DNA of 64,000 bases from Bacteroidales bacterium (GTDB lineage: Bacteria; Bacteroidota; Bacteroidia; Bacteroidales; B18-G4). Location of the stretch: contig JAGYMZ010000004.1 of NCBI GenBank assembly GCA_018400295.1, forward strand, positions 10,803 through 74,802, in the 5' to 3' direction. Shown here piece by piece: positions 25,670-34,605 of this stretch. The notes beneath the pieces are model-generated. The model did not search any database, had not been told where the DNA came from, and worked only from the letters and a program-made list of their open reading frames with translations. How positions within the stretch are numbered: the first letter of the stretch is position 1; each line of letters opens with the position of its first letter. The position numbers and the translations under genes were made by a program.

Positions 25670-25872
25670 GGTTGCTGTGTTCCTTCGGCCACGGGCATCC
25701 TGATATTGGCCGGATATTGTCCGGCAGCTCCGGGTGAAGCGTTTTTTTTGCTTGCCGCAAAGCCAACACTGCCGGGTGCGAAATTCAGGAGGGCTTCGGG
25801 AAAGTCGCATAATTATTTATCTTTGATGGCGAAAAAGCAATTGCATGAACGTTTGACCAAAATCACCAAGCC

Positions 25873-26619
25873 ATGAAACTTTTGGAAGGCAAAACCGCAT
25901 TGATCACCGGAGCTTCCCGCGGCATAGGCCGTGAAATTGCCCTCGCATTTGCACGGGAAGGGGCGCACATTGCATTCACGGACCTGAAAAGAGATGAGAA
26001 TATGGATGCCCTCGCAACCCAGGTTGAAGGGATGGGTGTGAAATGTCAGGGGTACGCCAGCGATGCCAGCGCCCTTCAGGAGGGTGAGAACCTGATAAAA
26101 GATGTTGTGGCGGTGTTCGGCCGCATCGATGTCCTGGTGAACAACGCAGGCATAACCCGCGATAACCTGCTGTTGCGCATGGGTGAGCAGGACTGGGATC
26201 TGGTCGTCAAAGTAAACCTGAAATCCGTCTTTAACCTGACCAAAGCCGTGCAGCGTACGATGATCAAACAGCGCAGCGGTTCCATTGTGAACATGAGCTC
26301 CGTTGTGGGCGTCAGCGGTAACGCCGGGCAGTCGAACTATGCCGCCAGTAAGGCCGGCATCATCGGGTTTACCAAATCCATAGCCCAGGAGCTGGGGTCG
26401 AGGAATATCCGGTGCAATGCCATTGCTCCGGGATTTGTGGAAACGGAAATGACAAAGGCGCTGCCGGAAGAGGTGCGCAATGCATGGGTTGATAGCATAC
26501 CCCTGAAAAGGGGCGGCACCCCCGGGGATGTGGCGCGCGTGGCACTGTTCCTGGCATCTGACCTGTCGGCCTATGTCTCGGGACAGGTCATCAGTGTCTG
26601 TGGCGGCATGAACACATAA
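25873..26619 (+). CDS. fabG: 3-oxoacyl-[acyl-carrier-protein] reductase
   Basis: LEGKTALITGASRGIGREIA, NNAGITRDNLL, SSVVG..GN.GQSNYAASKAG, and the C-terminal GQVI.V.GGM are the canonical FabG pattern. Confidence 0.9.
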   Translation: MKLLEGKTALITGASRGIGREIALAFAREGAHIAFTDLKRDENMDALATQVEGMGVKCQGYASDASALQEGENLIKDVVAVFGRIDVLVNNAGITRDNLLLRMGEQDWDLVVKVNLKSVFNLTKAVQRTMIKQRSGSIVNMSSVVGVSGNAGQSNYAASKAGIIGFTKSIAQELGSRNIRCNAIAPGFVETEMTKALPEEVRNAWVDSIPLKRGGTPGDVARVALFLASDLSAYVSGQVISVCGGMNT

Positions 26620-26704
26620 GCTGCCCGGCGATAAAATCTTTACGGATTGCCGCAACCGGATAATAATTTATTCTTCCTGCGTTTGATAAGTAAATTCAAT
26701 TTCG

Positions 26705-28798
26705 GTGAATATTGGTCTGATCACAGAATATCCAATCTGGTTTGTCATCCTTTGCATTTTGCTGGGTGTGGCGTATGCAGCCATCCTGTATTTCAGGAAT
26801 GCCCGGGATGAATTGCCTTCCGCCTTATCACGGGGCCTGGCTGTTGTGCGGGCAGTGACCATCACGGTGCTGGCTTTTTTATTGCTGTCGCCCCTGCTCC
26901 GGACAACACATCATCATGTGGAAAAGCCCGTCATCGTGATCGGGCAGGATAATACAGTGTCTGTTACGGAAAGGGATACCGTTGCAGCCGGGCCCTATCA
27001 GCAGGAGCTGGAGGCGTTTGTCCGTGATCTGGGTGATGATTATGATGTGCGTTTCTATACGGTGGGGGAAGAAACCCGGCCCGCTACCCTGGATTCATTA
27101 CCACTGACGTTCCATGAGAAAAGCACCGATCTTTCCTCGTTCTTTGAGCTGGCTTCCCTGAGGTATGCCCATACCAACGCGGGTGCGCTGGTGCTGGCCT
27201 CTGACGGTATTTATAACCGGGGGATGAATCCGGTCTATTCAACGGACAACCTTACAAAGCCTGTGTTTACGATCGCTCTTGGCGACACGGCCCGGCAGAA
27301 GGACCTGCTCATAAGACGTGCGAATTATAACCGCATGGCTTTTCTGGACAACGATTTTCCGGTGGAAGTGGTCCTGCAGGCATTCGATTGCGAAGGGCAG
27401 GAAGCGGTGGTAACCGTGAGCCACCAGGGGCGCAATGTGTTCAGGGAATCCCTGAACATACCCTCCAGCCGCTATTCCGGGACGGTACGCATGTTGCTGC
27501 CGGCGGAGGAACCCGGCCTGCAGCCATACACGATCCGGACCACCATTTTGGAAAATGAGATCAATAAAAAGAACAATACACGGCAGATCTATGTCGATGT
27601 GCTCGATTCCCGGCAAAAGATCCTGATCCTGGCTAATTCGCCACATCCGGATGTTACCGCCATCAAGCAGGCCATGCAAAGGAATTACCAGTTTGAAACG
27701 GAAGACCTTTTGCTGGATGATTTTTCCGGATCTTTGGACGACTATGACCTGGTCGTATTTCACCAGATCCCGTCCCGCAACCGCCGGTCGGTTGCGATGC
27801 TCGAGGAGGCCGGGAATTCCCGTGTACCCGTGCTATTTGTGGTGGGGGAGCAGACGGACCTGAATTTGTTGAATACATTCCCCTCGGGATTGACCATAGA
27901 AATGGCCGGTGGTCAGACCAATGATGCACAGCCTGTGTTCAACGGGAATTTTACCGCGTTCCGGTTACAGCCCCACACCCTCGATGTGCTGCCCTTCTTC
28001 CCCCCGCTATCTGTTCCTTTTGGTAAATACCGCATGGTCCCGCCGGTATCTGTGTTGTTTTACCAGCGTGTGTCCGGACTTCAGACAGAGGATCCCTTGC
28101 TGCTGTTCAGTGCTCTGGAAGGCGAAAAGACCGGTGTTCTGTGCGGGACCGGTCTGTGGAAGTGGAGGATGCGCAGTTATTCCAGGACGGGCGACCACGA
28201 TGCATTCGATGACATCATCAACCGGATGGTCCAATACCTGGCCCTGAGGGTGGATAAACGCAGGTTCCGTGTGGAAGTCGAACAACAGGTCCCCGAAAAT
28301 GAAAACATTATGTTTTATGCGGAGCTTTATGACGAGGGTTATGAGCCGGTGCCCGGAGAGGATATTTCACTGGTGATCCGGGATGAAGCCGGCAATGATT
28401 ATGATTACACCTTCAGTGCTTCAGAAAATGCTTACGTTCTTGACGCCGGCAAGCTGGAATCCGGAAAATACAGTTATACGGCCAAAGCCAGTCTGGGAAC
28501 GGAGGTTTTTGAAGAAAAAGGTGCCTTTTCCGTGACGGCGGTGGAAGTGGAAACCCTTGTTACACGGGCCGACCATCAGCTGCTGTACCGCCTGGCCCGG
28601 CAAAATGACGGCATCATGGTGTATCCCGGAAACCTGAAGGCGATATCCGAGGCCATGGATCAACGGGAAGATATTAAGCCCGTCCTGTACAGCGAAAAAA
28701 GATATAAGGCATTCATCGACCTTCCATGGCTGTTTGCCGTATTGCTCATATTGTTGTCTGTGGAATGGTTTGCCCGCAAACGGGGCGGCAGTTACTAA
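26705..28798 (+). CDS. Large membrane-anchored hypothetical protein
   Basis: 697-aa ORF with a GTG start per the track, N-terminal TM helices and a C-terminal TM helix (LPWLFAVLLILLSVEWFARKR). It recalls a conserved Bacteroidota family of unknown function. No catalytic motif recognised. Confidence 0.6.
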   Translation: MNIGLITEYPIWFVILCILLGVAYAAILYFRNARDELPSALSRGLAVVRAVTITVLAFLLLSPLLRTTHHHVEKPVIVIGQDNTVSVTERDTVAAGPYQQELEAFVRDLGDDYDVRFYTVGEETRPATLDSLPLTFHEKSTDLSSFFELASLRYAHTNAGALVLASDGIYNRGMNPVYSTDNLTKPVFTIALGDTARQKDLLIRRANYNRMAFLDNDFPVEVVLQAFDCEGQEAVVTVSHQGRNVFRESLNIPSSRYSGTVRMLLPAEEPGLQPYTIRTTILENEINKKNNTRQIYVDVLDSRQKILILANSPHPDVTAIKQAMQRNYQFETEDLLLDDFSGSLDDYDLVVFHQIPSRNRRSVAMLEEAGNSRVPVLFVVGEQTDLNLLNTFPSGLTIEMAGGQTNDAQPVFNGNFTAFRLQPHTLDVLPFFPPLSVPFGKYRMVPPVSVLFYQRVSGLQTEDPLLLFSALEGEKTGVLCGTGLWKWRMRSYSRTGDHDAFDDIINRMVQYLALRVDKRRFRVEVEQQVPENENIMFYAELYDEGYEPVPGEDISLVIRDEAGNDYDYTFSASENAYVLDAGKLESGKYSYTAKASLGTEVFEEKGAFSVTAVEVETLVTRADHQLLYRLARQNDGIMVYPGNLKAISEAMDQREDIKPVLYSEKRYKAFIDLPWLFAVLLILLSVEWFARKRGGSY

Positions 28799-28809
28799 AA
28801 AGCGGACCC

Positions 28810-30072
28810 ATGGCTCAAACTGTTTTTTTTGTCATTGTTGGGATATTGATATTCAATTATTTGCTGGAGCAATTTTTGGACTATCTGAATGCTACCTGCT
28901 GGTCGGACACCCTTCCCCCGGAACTGGCGGACATCTACGATGCAGAAAAGTACAAACGCTCCCAGCAGTACCTCAGGTGGAAGCAGCGATTCAGCACCAT
29001 GACCGATGCCTTTTCTTTTCTGGTCATGATGCTTATGTTGTTTTTAGGTGGCTTTGCACTGGCTGACAGCCTGGTCCGGGAAGTAACCACCCATCCCATA
29101 CTCATGGCCCTCTTGTTTTTCGGCATGCTTGGGCTGGCTGCCGATCTGATCTCCATCCCGTTCTCCGCCTATAATACCTTTGTCATTGAAGAACGTTTTG
29201 GTTTCAATACCACAACGGTCAAAACCTTCATTCTCGACCGGTTCAAGGGATGGGTTGTCGGCGCGCTGATCGGCGGCGGATTGCTGGCCCTGATCGTATG
29301 GATCTATGAGAGTTCCGGGCAGTGGTTCTGGTTGATTGCCTGGGTTGCCATATCTGCATTCATGATCTTTATGTCCATGTTCTATTCCAACCTCATCGTA
29401 CCCTTGTTCAATAAGCAACGGCCCCTGGAAGAGGGGGAGCTCAGGGATGCCATCGAAGGCTTTGCAGAAAAGGTCGGGTTTAAGCTGAAAAATATATATG
29501 TGATCGACAGTTCCAGGCGTTCCACCAAGGGCAATGCCTATTTTACAGGGCTGGGTGCAAAGAAGCGTATCGTATTATACGACACCCTGATCGGGAAGCA
29601 CAGCGTGGAAGAGCTTGTTGCTGTGCTGGCCCACGAGATCGGCCATTACAAGAAAAAACATACGGTTAAAAATATCTTCCTGTCCCTGCTGCAGACGGGC
29701 ATCATGCTATACATCCTCTCCTGGTTCCTCAAATCGCCGGTACCGTCGGCTGCCCTGGGTGCGCAAGAGCCCGGCTTCCATATGTCTGTGCTTGCTTTTG
29801 CCCTGCTCTACAGCCCCTTGTCCATGTTCATAGGCCTGGCCATGAACGGCTTATCCAGGAAACATGAATATCAGGCCGACCGTTTCGCAGGCGTGAATTA
29901 CCGTCCGGAAGCCCTGGCTATGGCCCTGAAAAAGCTGTCGGTGGATAACCTGAGCAACCTGAGGCAGCACCCGGTGTATGTTTTCTTTAACTATTCCCAT
30001 CCTCCGCTGTTGAAACGCCTGGAAGCCCTCAGACATATAAATGGCCGCAGGGACCGAACCAATGGTTCCTGA
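28810..30072 (+). CDS. M48 family metallopeptidase (Ste24/HtpX-like)
   Basis: Multi-TM N-terminal half, the HEIGHYKKKH zinc motif and a downstream E..AD motif. Start at the ATG at 28810 (MAQTVFFVIVG); the upstream ORF extension overlaps the previous gene. Confidence 0.85.
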   Translation: MAQTVFFVIVGILIFNYLLEQFLDYLNATCWSDTLPPELADIYDAEKYKRSQQYLRWKQRFSTMTDAFSFLVMMLMLFLGGFALADSLVREVTTHPILMALLFFGMLGLAADLISIPFSAYNTFVIEERFGFNTTTVKTFILDRFKGWVVGALIGGGLLALIVWIYESSGQWFWLIAWVAISAFMIFMSMFYSNLIVPLFNKQRPLEEGELRDAIEGFAEKVGFKLKNIYVIDSSRRSTKGNAYFTGLGAKKRIVLYDTLIGKHSVEELVAVLAHEIGHYKKKHTVKNIFLSLLQTGIMLYILSWFLKSPVPSAALGAQEPGFHMSVLAFALLYSPLSMFIGLAMNGLSRKHEYQADRFAGVNYRPEALAMALKKLSVDNLSNLRQHPVYVFFNYSHPPLLKRLEALRHINGRRDRTNGS

Positions 30073-30080
30073 AACCGCGG

Positions 30081-30440
30081 CTAATTTTCCATGATCACCG
30101 TGGTTATTCTCATTGCTTTGTTGGAATTGATCTTTCCGCTGGAGGAGGTGCTGACTACCCGGTAACCTTTTTCCCGCATGCTGTTCAGGGCTGTGTTTAT
30201 GGTTTTCCCGTTGTCCTGCAGGTAATCTGCATTGTACTTGAAAGGGCCCAGGTCGATGACTTCCGTGGTTTCGTCCGGATAGGTGATGATGATCATGGAA
30301 TTGACCACGGAAAAATTTTCATAAATGCTCACCGTGGCATATCCTTTCTGTTCATCCTGCGGTGAAAAAGCGGTGATCCCGGTAAATACAGCGATGATGG
30401 CCAGTAGCAAGGCCAGGGAGAGGGGTTTGCTGAGTTTCAT
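30081..30440 (-). CDS. Small secreted hypothetical protein
   Basis: 119-aa ORF with the signal/anchor MKLSKPLSLALLLAIIAVF, located directly downstream of the ABC-2 permease. Confidence 0.5.
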   Translation of the reverse strand: MKLSKPLSLALLLAIIAVFTGITAFSPQDEQKGYATVSIYENFSVVNSMIIITYPDETTEVIDLGPFKYNADYLQDNGKTINTALNSMREKGYRVVSTSSSGKINSNKAMRITTVIMEN

Positions 30441-30485
30441 ATGCGTGTGTTTTAAAGTTTTCGGATGTAAAAATAGGAAACTTCC

Positions 30486-31289
30486 TTACAGGTCCCGTTT
30501 TTTCAAAACCAGATGGCTGATTAAAAGGAAAAGGGTGGTGTAGGCAAGGACCAGGATGACATCTGACAGGGATATATAATTCCTGAACTGCACACCGAAT
30601 AGCTGCATCAGGGCCGTATTGGGTATGTCGATCAGGTTGTTGATGGACTTCAGCGGCATGTATCCCTCAAAACCGGAAGGCAGCCTGTAATTGATGACCG
30701 GTTCAATGATGAAGGCATACAGCAGCATGAGCCCGATGGCAATGCCCGATCTTTTTACCAGAAAACCCACCATAAAGGCAAAGCAGAGATAGCTGAACAC
30801 TTCCAGCAGGTATGCCGGCAGGAAGATCATCTTTTCTGTGATGCCTGAGAAATCCGGCTGAATGGTATTGATAAAGCCCAGGATCAGTCCGAGTATTAGA
30901 AGCAGCACTGTGGCGGACAAAGAGATGAGAAAGATGAAAAGCACCTTGGATTTCAGGAAGTCCGCCCGGCTGAGGCCTGCAATGATGTTCTGGCGTATGG
31001 TCTTGTAGGCGTATTCGTTTGTGATCGTAATGATGATGATCACGGCCAGGATGATCTTGAAAAAGCCGGCGATAAATGTCAGGTTATGCCATATATCCGG
31101 AAGCCTGTATACCGAAACCGAAGGTATGTCCACCGGACTGTCGTTTCCGGTACTGGATACGATGTTGTCAAGGAATCCCTGCACGCCGAAGAGTACGGTT
31201 GCGATCACCAGCATATAGAGCCCGCTCAGGATCCAGAAGGTCTTGGAGGACAATGCTTTCCTTAATTCTATTTTAAGCAGTCTTACCAT
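30486..31289 (-). CDS. ABC-2 type transporter permease
   Basis: Six predicted TM segments. Start at MVRLLKIELRKAL (cat at 31287-31289), overlapping the ATPase stop by 17 nt. Confidence 0.75.
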   Translation of the reverse strand: MVRLLKIELRKALSSKTFWILSGLYMLVIATVLFGVQGFLDNIVSSTGNDSPVDIPSVSVYRLPDIWHNLTFIAGFFKIILAVIIIITITNEYAYKTIRQNIIAGLSRADFLKSKVLFIFLISLSATVLLLILGLILGFINTIQPDFSGITEKMIFLPAYLLEVFSYLCFAFMVGFLVKRSGIAIGLMLLYAFIIEPVINYRLPSGFEGYMPLKSINNLIDIPNTALMQLFGVQFRNYISLSDVILVLAYTTLFLLISHLVLKKRDL

Positions 31290-32181
31290 TGTTTTTGAGC
31301 AATTCCAGAAAATGGGATTCCAGTGATTTCTTTTGCAGGGCCAGGTGCGATAAGCTGATGCCTTTGGCAAACAGGGCCTGGTTCAGGTCGGTGCTGTGAA
31401 ATCCGTCTTTCAGGGTAGCGATGTAAAAATTCCCTTCTTTTTCGCAGGAAATGATTTCCGGTATATCGTCCATGGCTTTAAGCATGGCATTGTTATCCCG
31501 GCTGCCGATCTCCACCTGCAGGGAGTCGCCGAGTATGTCTTCCACCTGCCCGGTGAAAATATTTCTGCCGTTGTCCAGCACGGCCACGTGGGAGCATATT
31601 TTCTGGACCTCATCCAGCAGATGACTGGCCAGTATGATGGTGATGCCTTCCCGGGCTATTTGTATGATCAGTTTGCGTATTTCGGCAATGCCCCGGGGAT
31701 CCAGTCCGTTGGTGGGCTCATCCAGGATAAGGACTTTGGGATTTCCGAGGAGTGCCGCGGCAATGGCCAGCCGTTGTTTCATCCCTAAAGAATATGTGTT
31801 GTAGCGGCTGTTTTTTCGCCCCGTGAGGTCGACGATGGAGAGCACCCGTTCAATCTCTTTATAAGGTACTTCGCGGATGTCTGCATATATTTTGAGATTT
31901 TTGACGGCCGAGAGGTACGGATAAAAAACGGGTGTTTCAACAATGGCCCCGATGTGTTTGCGGTCCTGTTTGGATGGCTTGCGGCCGAACCAGGAAAAGC
32001 TTCCGCTGTTTGGGTTGGTGACCGACAGAATAATGCCCAGTGTGGTGGTCTTGCCGCTTCCGTTTGGTCCCAGGATGCCGAATACATTGCCTTTTTCAAT
32101 GGTAAGCGAGAGCTCATCGAGGGCGCGGATCTTCCCGTAGCGCTTGGATAGTTTGTCGATCGTAAGGATGGTCCTGGTCAA
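31273..32181 (-). CDS. ABC transporter ATP-binding protein
   Basis: Walker A GPNGSGKTT, signature YSLGMKQRL, Walker B LILDEPTNGLD. The start is probably TTG at 32181, giving (M)TRTILTIDKL. The ATG at 32274 would add an implausible basic extension. Confidence 0.85.
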   Translation of the reverse strand: MTRTILTIDKLSKRYGKIRALDELSLTIEKGNVFGILGPNGSGKTTTLGIILSVTNPNSGSFSWFGRKPSKQDRKHIGAIVETPVFYPYLSAVKNLKIYADIREVPYKEIERVLSIVDLTGRKNSRYNTYSLGMKQRLAIAAALLGNPKVLILDEPTNGLDPRGIAEIRKLIIQIAREGITIILASHLLDEVQKICSHVAVLDNGRNIFTGQVEDILGDSLQVEIGSRDNNAMLKAMDDIPEIISCEKEGNFYIATLKDGFHSTDLNQALFAKGISLSHLALQKKSLESHFLELLKNNGKTA

Positions 32182-32350
32182 AATGCGTTCTTTTAATGGC
32201 AAATGTATTGAATTAGACGAATGAAACGCCGTTGGATTACATGTTTTTTGTTTTTTTTTAATCCGCCTTCGCATTCGCTGCGGCGGACGAGAAAATATGG
32301 TTTAATTCCCCGATGCTCTGCATCGGAAAAATGCATCCAGGGTTCTACCC

Positions 32351-32371
32351 TGGGGTTAAATACCGTTTATT
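32351..32371 (+). repeat. Copy B of the exact 21-bp direct repeat TGGGGTTAAATACCGTTTATT
   Basis: Identical to 12291-12311. It lies in the hairpin-rich intergenic region 32182-32415. Confidence 0.9.
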
Positions 32372-32415
32372 CCCATCATGCTTGTCTTCCGGGATATTGG
32401 CGGAGGCCCGATGCA

Positions 32416-33120
32416 TTATTTATACAGCAAAAAAATCGCAGGCCGCTTGTGCAGGTCAGGTTTTCCGGTTTTCCAGCGGGCAATGGGCCCTGTGTCGATG
32501 AATTCGGAGGCGGAGGTCAAATCAGCCGAAATGCTCAGCCGGGTATCCAGGGCACAATTGCGCAGGATGCTCTCCAGCAGTTGGTTGTTCCGGTAGGGCG
32601 CTTCCATGAAGATCTGTGTCTGGTCCTGTTCGCGGGCAATTTTTTCCAGCTCTTTGATTTTTTGTGCACGGTCTTTTTCATGTTTGGGCAGGTATCCGTG
32701 AAAGGCAAAGTTCTGTCCGTTGAACCCGGAGGCCATGAGCGCGAGCAGGATAGAGCTGGGGCCGGTCAGGGGTATGATCTGTATGTTCATGTCGTGGGCC
32801 GAACTTACGAGCGCTGCCCCGGGATCCGCGATACAGGGTGCGCCGGCTTCCGATATGATGCCCCCGTTGAGGTTTTTGTCTTTCAGTCTGCGCAGTTCTG
32901 TGAGGGCCTGCGTGGGGGAGGAATGTTTTCCGATGGGTATGAATTCCCGTTCATCAATGATTATGTCCTTGTCAAGCTTTTTCAGAAAGCGTCGTGCACT
33001 GCGCAGGTCTTCCACAAAGAAAACCTGCAGGTTCCGGACGATCGCCATCACTCCGGCCGGAATGGTGAGGTCTGCGGGGGAATCGCCGATGGTATTCGGA
33101 ATAAGGTATATGGTGCCCAT
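32416..33120 (-). CDS. SAM-dependent methyltransferase, tetrapyrrole-methylase fold (RsmI/YraL-like)
   Basis: MGTIYLIPNTIG...FFVEDLRSARRFL...SEAGAPCIADPG...GPSSILLAL.ASG is the TP_methylase-like pattern. Start at cat 33118-33120; the longer ORF to 33603 overlaps the upstream gene. Confidence 0.75.
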   Translation of the reverse strand: MGTIYLIPNTIGDSPADLTIPAGVMAIVRNLQVFFVEDLRSARRFLKKLDKDIIIDEREFIPIGKHSSPTQALTELRRLKDKNLNGGIISEAGAPCIADPGAALVSSAHDMNIQIIPLTGPSSILLALMASGFNGQNFAFHGYLPKHEKDRAQKIKELEKIAREQDQTQIFMEAPYRNNQLLESILRNCALDTRLSISADLTSASEFIDTGPIARWKTGKPDLHKRPAIFLLYK

Positions 33121-33128
33121 ATGATGTT

Positions 33129-34079
33129 TTATTGTTTCCATGGAAGATGGTCCAGGTCGGCGTTTCCGCCCGACAATACAAGGGCTGTTTTGCTGCCCCT
33201 GAACCGCTCTGTGTTCTCCAGGATGGCAGCCAGGGGGACGGCCGCGGAAGGTTCCACGACCAGTTTCATCCGTTCCCAGATGATCCGCATGGCAAGGATG
33301 ATATGCGCTTCCTCCACCCGGAGTATGTCGCTGACATGTTCTTTGATGATGGGATAGGTAAGGCTTCCCAGTGAAGTTAGCAGTCCGTCGGCGATGGTCT
33401 GGGGGTTTACCGAAGGCATGAACCGGCCCCCGTAAAAAGAGCGGTAGGCATCGTCGGCACCGCGGGGCTCTGCGGCGATGACCCGTGTCCGGGGCGAGCG
33501 GTAAAGGGTGGCTGCGGCCGTCCCACTGAGCAGTCCGCCCCCGCCCACCGGGGTCATGATGATGTCGATGTCTTTGAGGTCTTCGTAGATCTCCATGGCA
33601 CAAGTGGCCTGTCCTGTGAGGATACGCAGGTCATTGTACGGGTGTATCTCGGATGCGCCGGTATGGCGTATCACTTCTTTGAGCGTGTTTTCCCTGGACT
33701 CCAGGGTGGGTTCGCAGAACGTGATCAGTCCGCCGTATTCCTTCACCGCATTCACCTTGACCAGGGGTGCGGTCCGGGGCATGACGATGTAGGCTTTGAT
33801 GTGACGCAATGCTGCCGCCCGCGACAATGCCTGTGCATGGTTTCCGGAGGAATGGGTGGCGACCCCTTTTGCAGCGTGGCCGGGATCCATTGAAAAAACG
33901 GCATTGCAGGCACCCCGTGATTTGAATGCCCCTGCTTTCTGAAAATTTTCGCACTTAAAATATATTCGTGCGCCTGTCATCCGGTTGATGCTTTCGTTGA
34001 CAAGCAGCGGAGTGCGGTGGATGCAGGGGGCGATTCTCCGCGATGCTTCTTCGATCTCGTTGAGCCGGGGCAGGGTCAA
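33129..34079 (-). CDS. PLP-dependent threonine/serine ammonia-lyase family enzyme
   Basis: KCENFQKAGAFKSRGA (PLP-Lys motif), the HSSGNHAQA and GGGGLLSG glycine loop, and a size of 316 aa. Confidence 0.85.
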   Translation of the reverse strand: MTLPRLNEIEEASRRIAPCIHRTPLLVNESINRMTGARIYFKCENFQKAGAFKSRGACNAVFSMDPGHAAKGVATHSSGNHAQALSRAAALRHIKAYIVMPRTAPLVKVNAVKEYGGLITFCEPTLESRENTLKEVIRHTGASEIHPYNDLRILTGQATCAMEIYEDLKDIDIIMTPVGGGGLLSGTAAATLYRSPRTRVIAAEPRGADDAYRSFYGGRFMPSVNPQTIADGLLTSLGSLTYPIIKEHVSDILRVEEAHIILAMRIIWERMKLVVEPSAAVPLAAILENTERFRGSKTALVLSGGNADLDHLPWKQ

Positions 34080-34549
34080 GACGACAGGTTTTTCCGGTGT
34101 ATGGCATCTGCAATGTTCCCTGTTGCCTTATCCAGGAGCTCCCAGACCTTGTTGAAGCCGTCCGGGCCCCCGTGATACGGGTCGGGCACTTCCCGGTCTT
34201 CACCCGGGAAGACTTGGTTCAGGATGTAATCCACCTTTTCCATGTCCGTATCGTTGCGTGCCAGGGCCATCACATCGGCGTGGTTGATGCTGTCCATGAC
34301 AAAGATCTTATCGAATTCATCGAAGTCGCGGACACGGAACAGCCGGCTGCGTTGTCCTGAGATGTCGATGCCCTGCTTGCTCAGCGTTTCCACCGCTCTT
34401 GGATCGGGCGGATCACCTTTGTGAAAGGGCTCAAAACCGGCGGAGTCTACTTCGGCTTCGATATTTTTCTCTTTTAGTTTGCTTTTGAGTGCTCCTTCGG
34501 CCATGGGAGAACGGCAAATATTTCCCAGGCATACCATTAATATCTTCAT
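34076..34549 (-). CDS. Low-molecular-weight protein-tyrosine phosphatase
   Basis: N-terminal ILMVCLGNICRSPMAEG (C-x5-R-S P-loop) and a DPY motif near the C-terminus. It overlaps the downstream gene by 4 nt. Confidence 0.9.
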   Translation of the reverse strand: MKILMVCLGNICRSPMAEGALKSKLKEKNIEAEVDSAGFEPFHKGDPPDPRAVETLSKQGIDISGQRSRLFRVRDFDEFDKIFVMDSINHADVMALARNDTDMEKVDYILNQVFPGEDREVPDPYHGGPDGFNKVWELLDKATGNIADAIHRKNLSS

Positions 34550-34605
34550 GGGGTGTTTTTCAATTTACTGCAAAAATACAAAAAGCCGGATATTTGCTAT
34601 GTGGT

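Noticed and set aside
33121-33603. N-terminal extension of the 395-aa minus-strand ORF (32416-33603)
   Set aside because: The extension overlaps the PLP-dependent dehydratase gene in another frame and is Arg/His/Pro-rich nonsense. Methyltransferase similarity starts at MGTIYLIP (33120).
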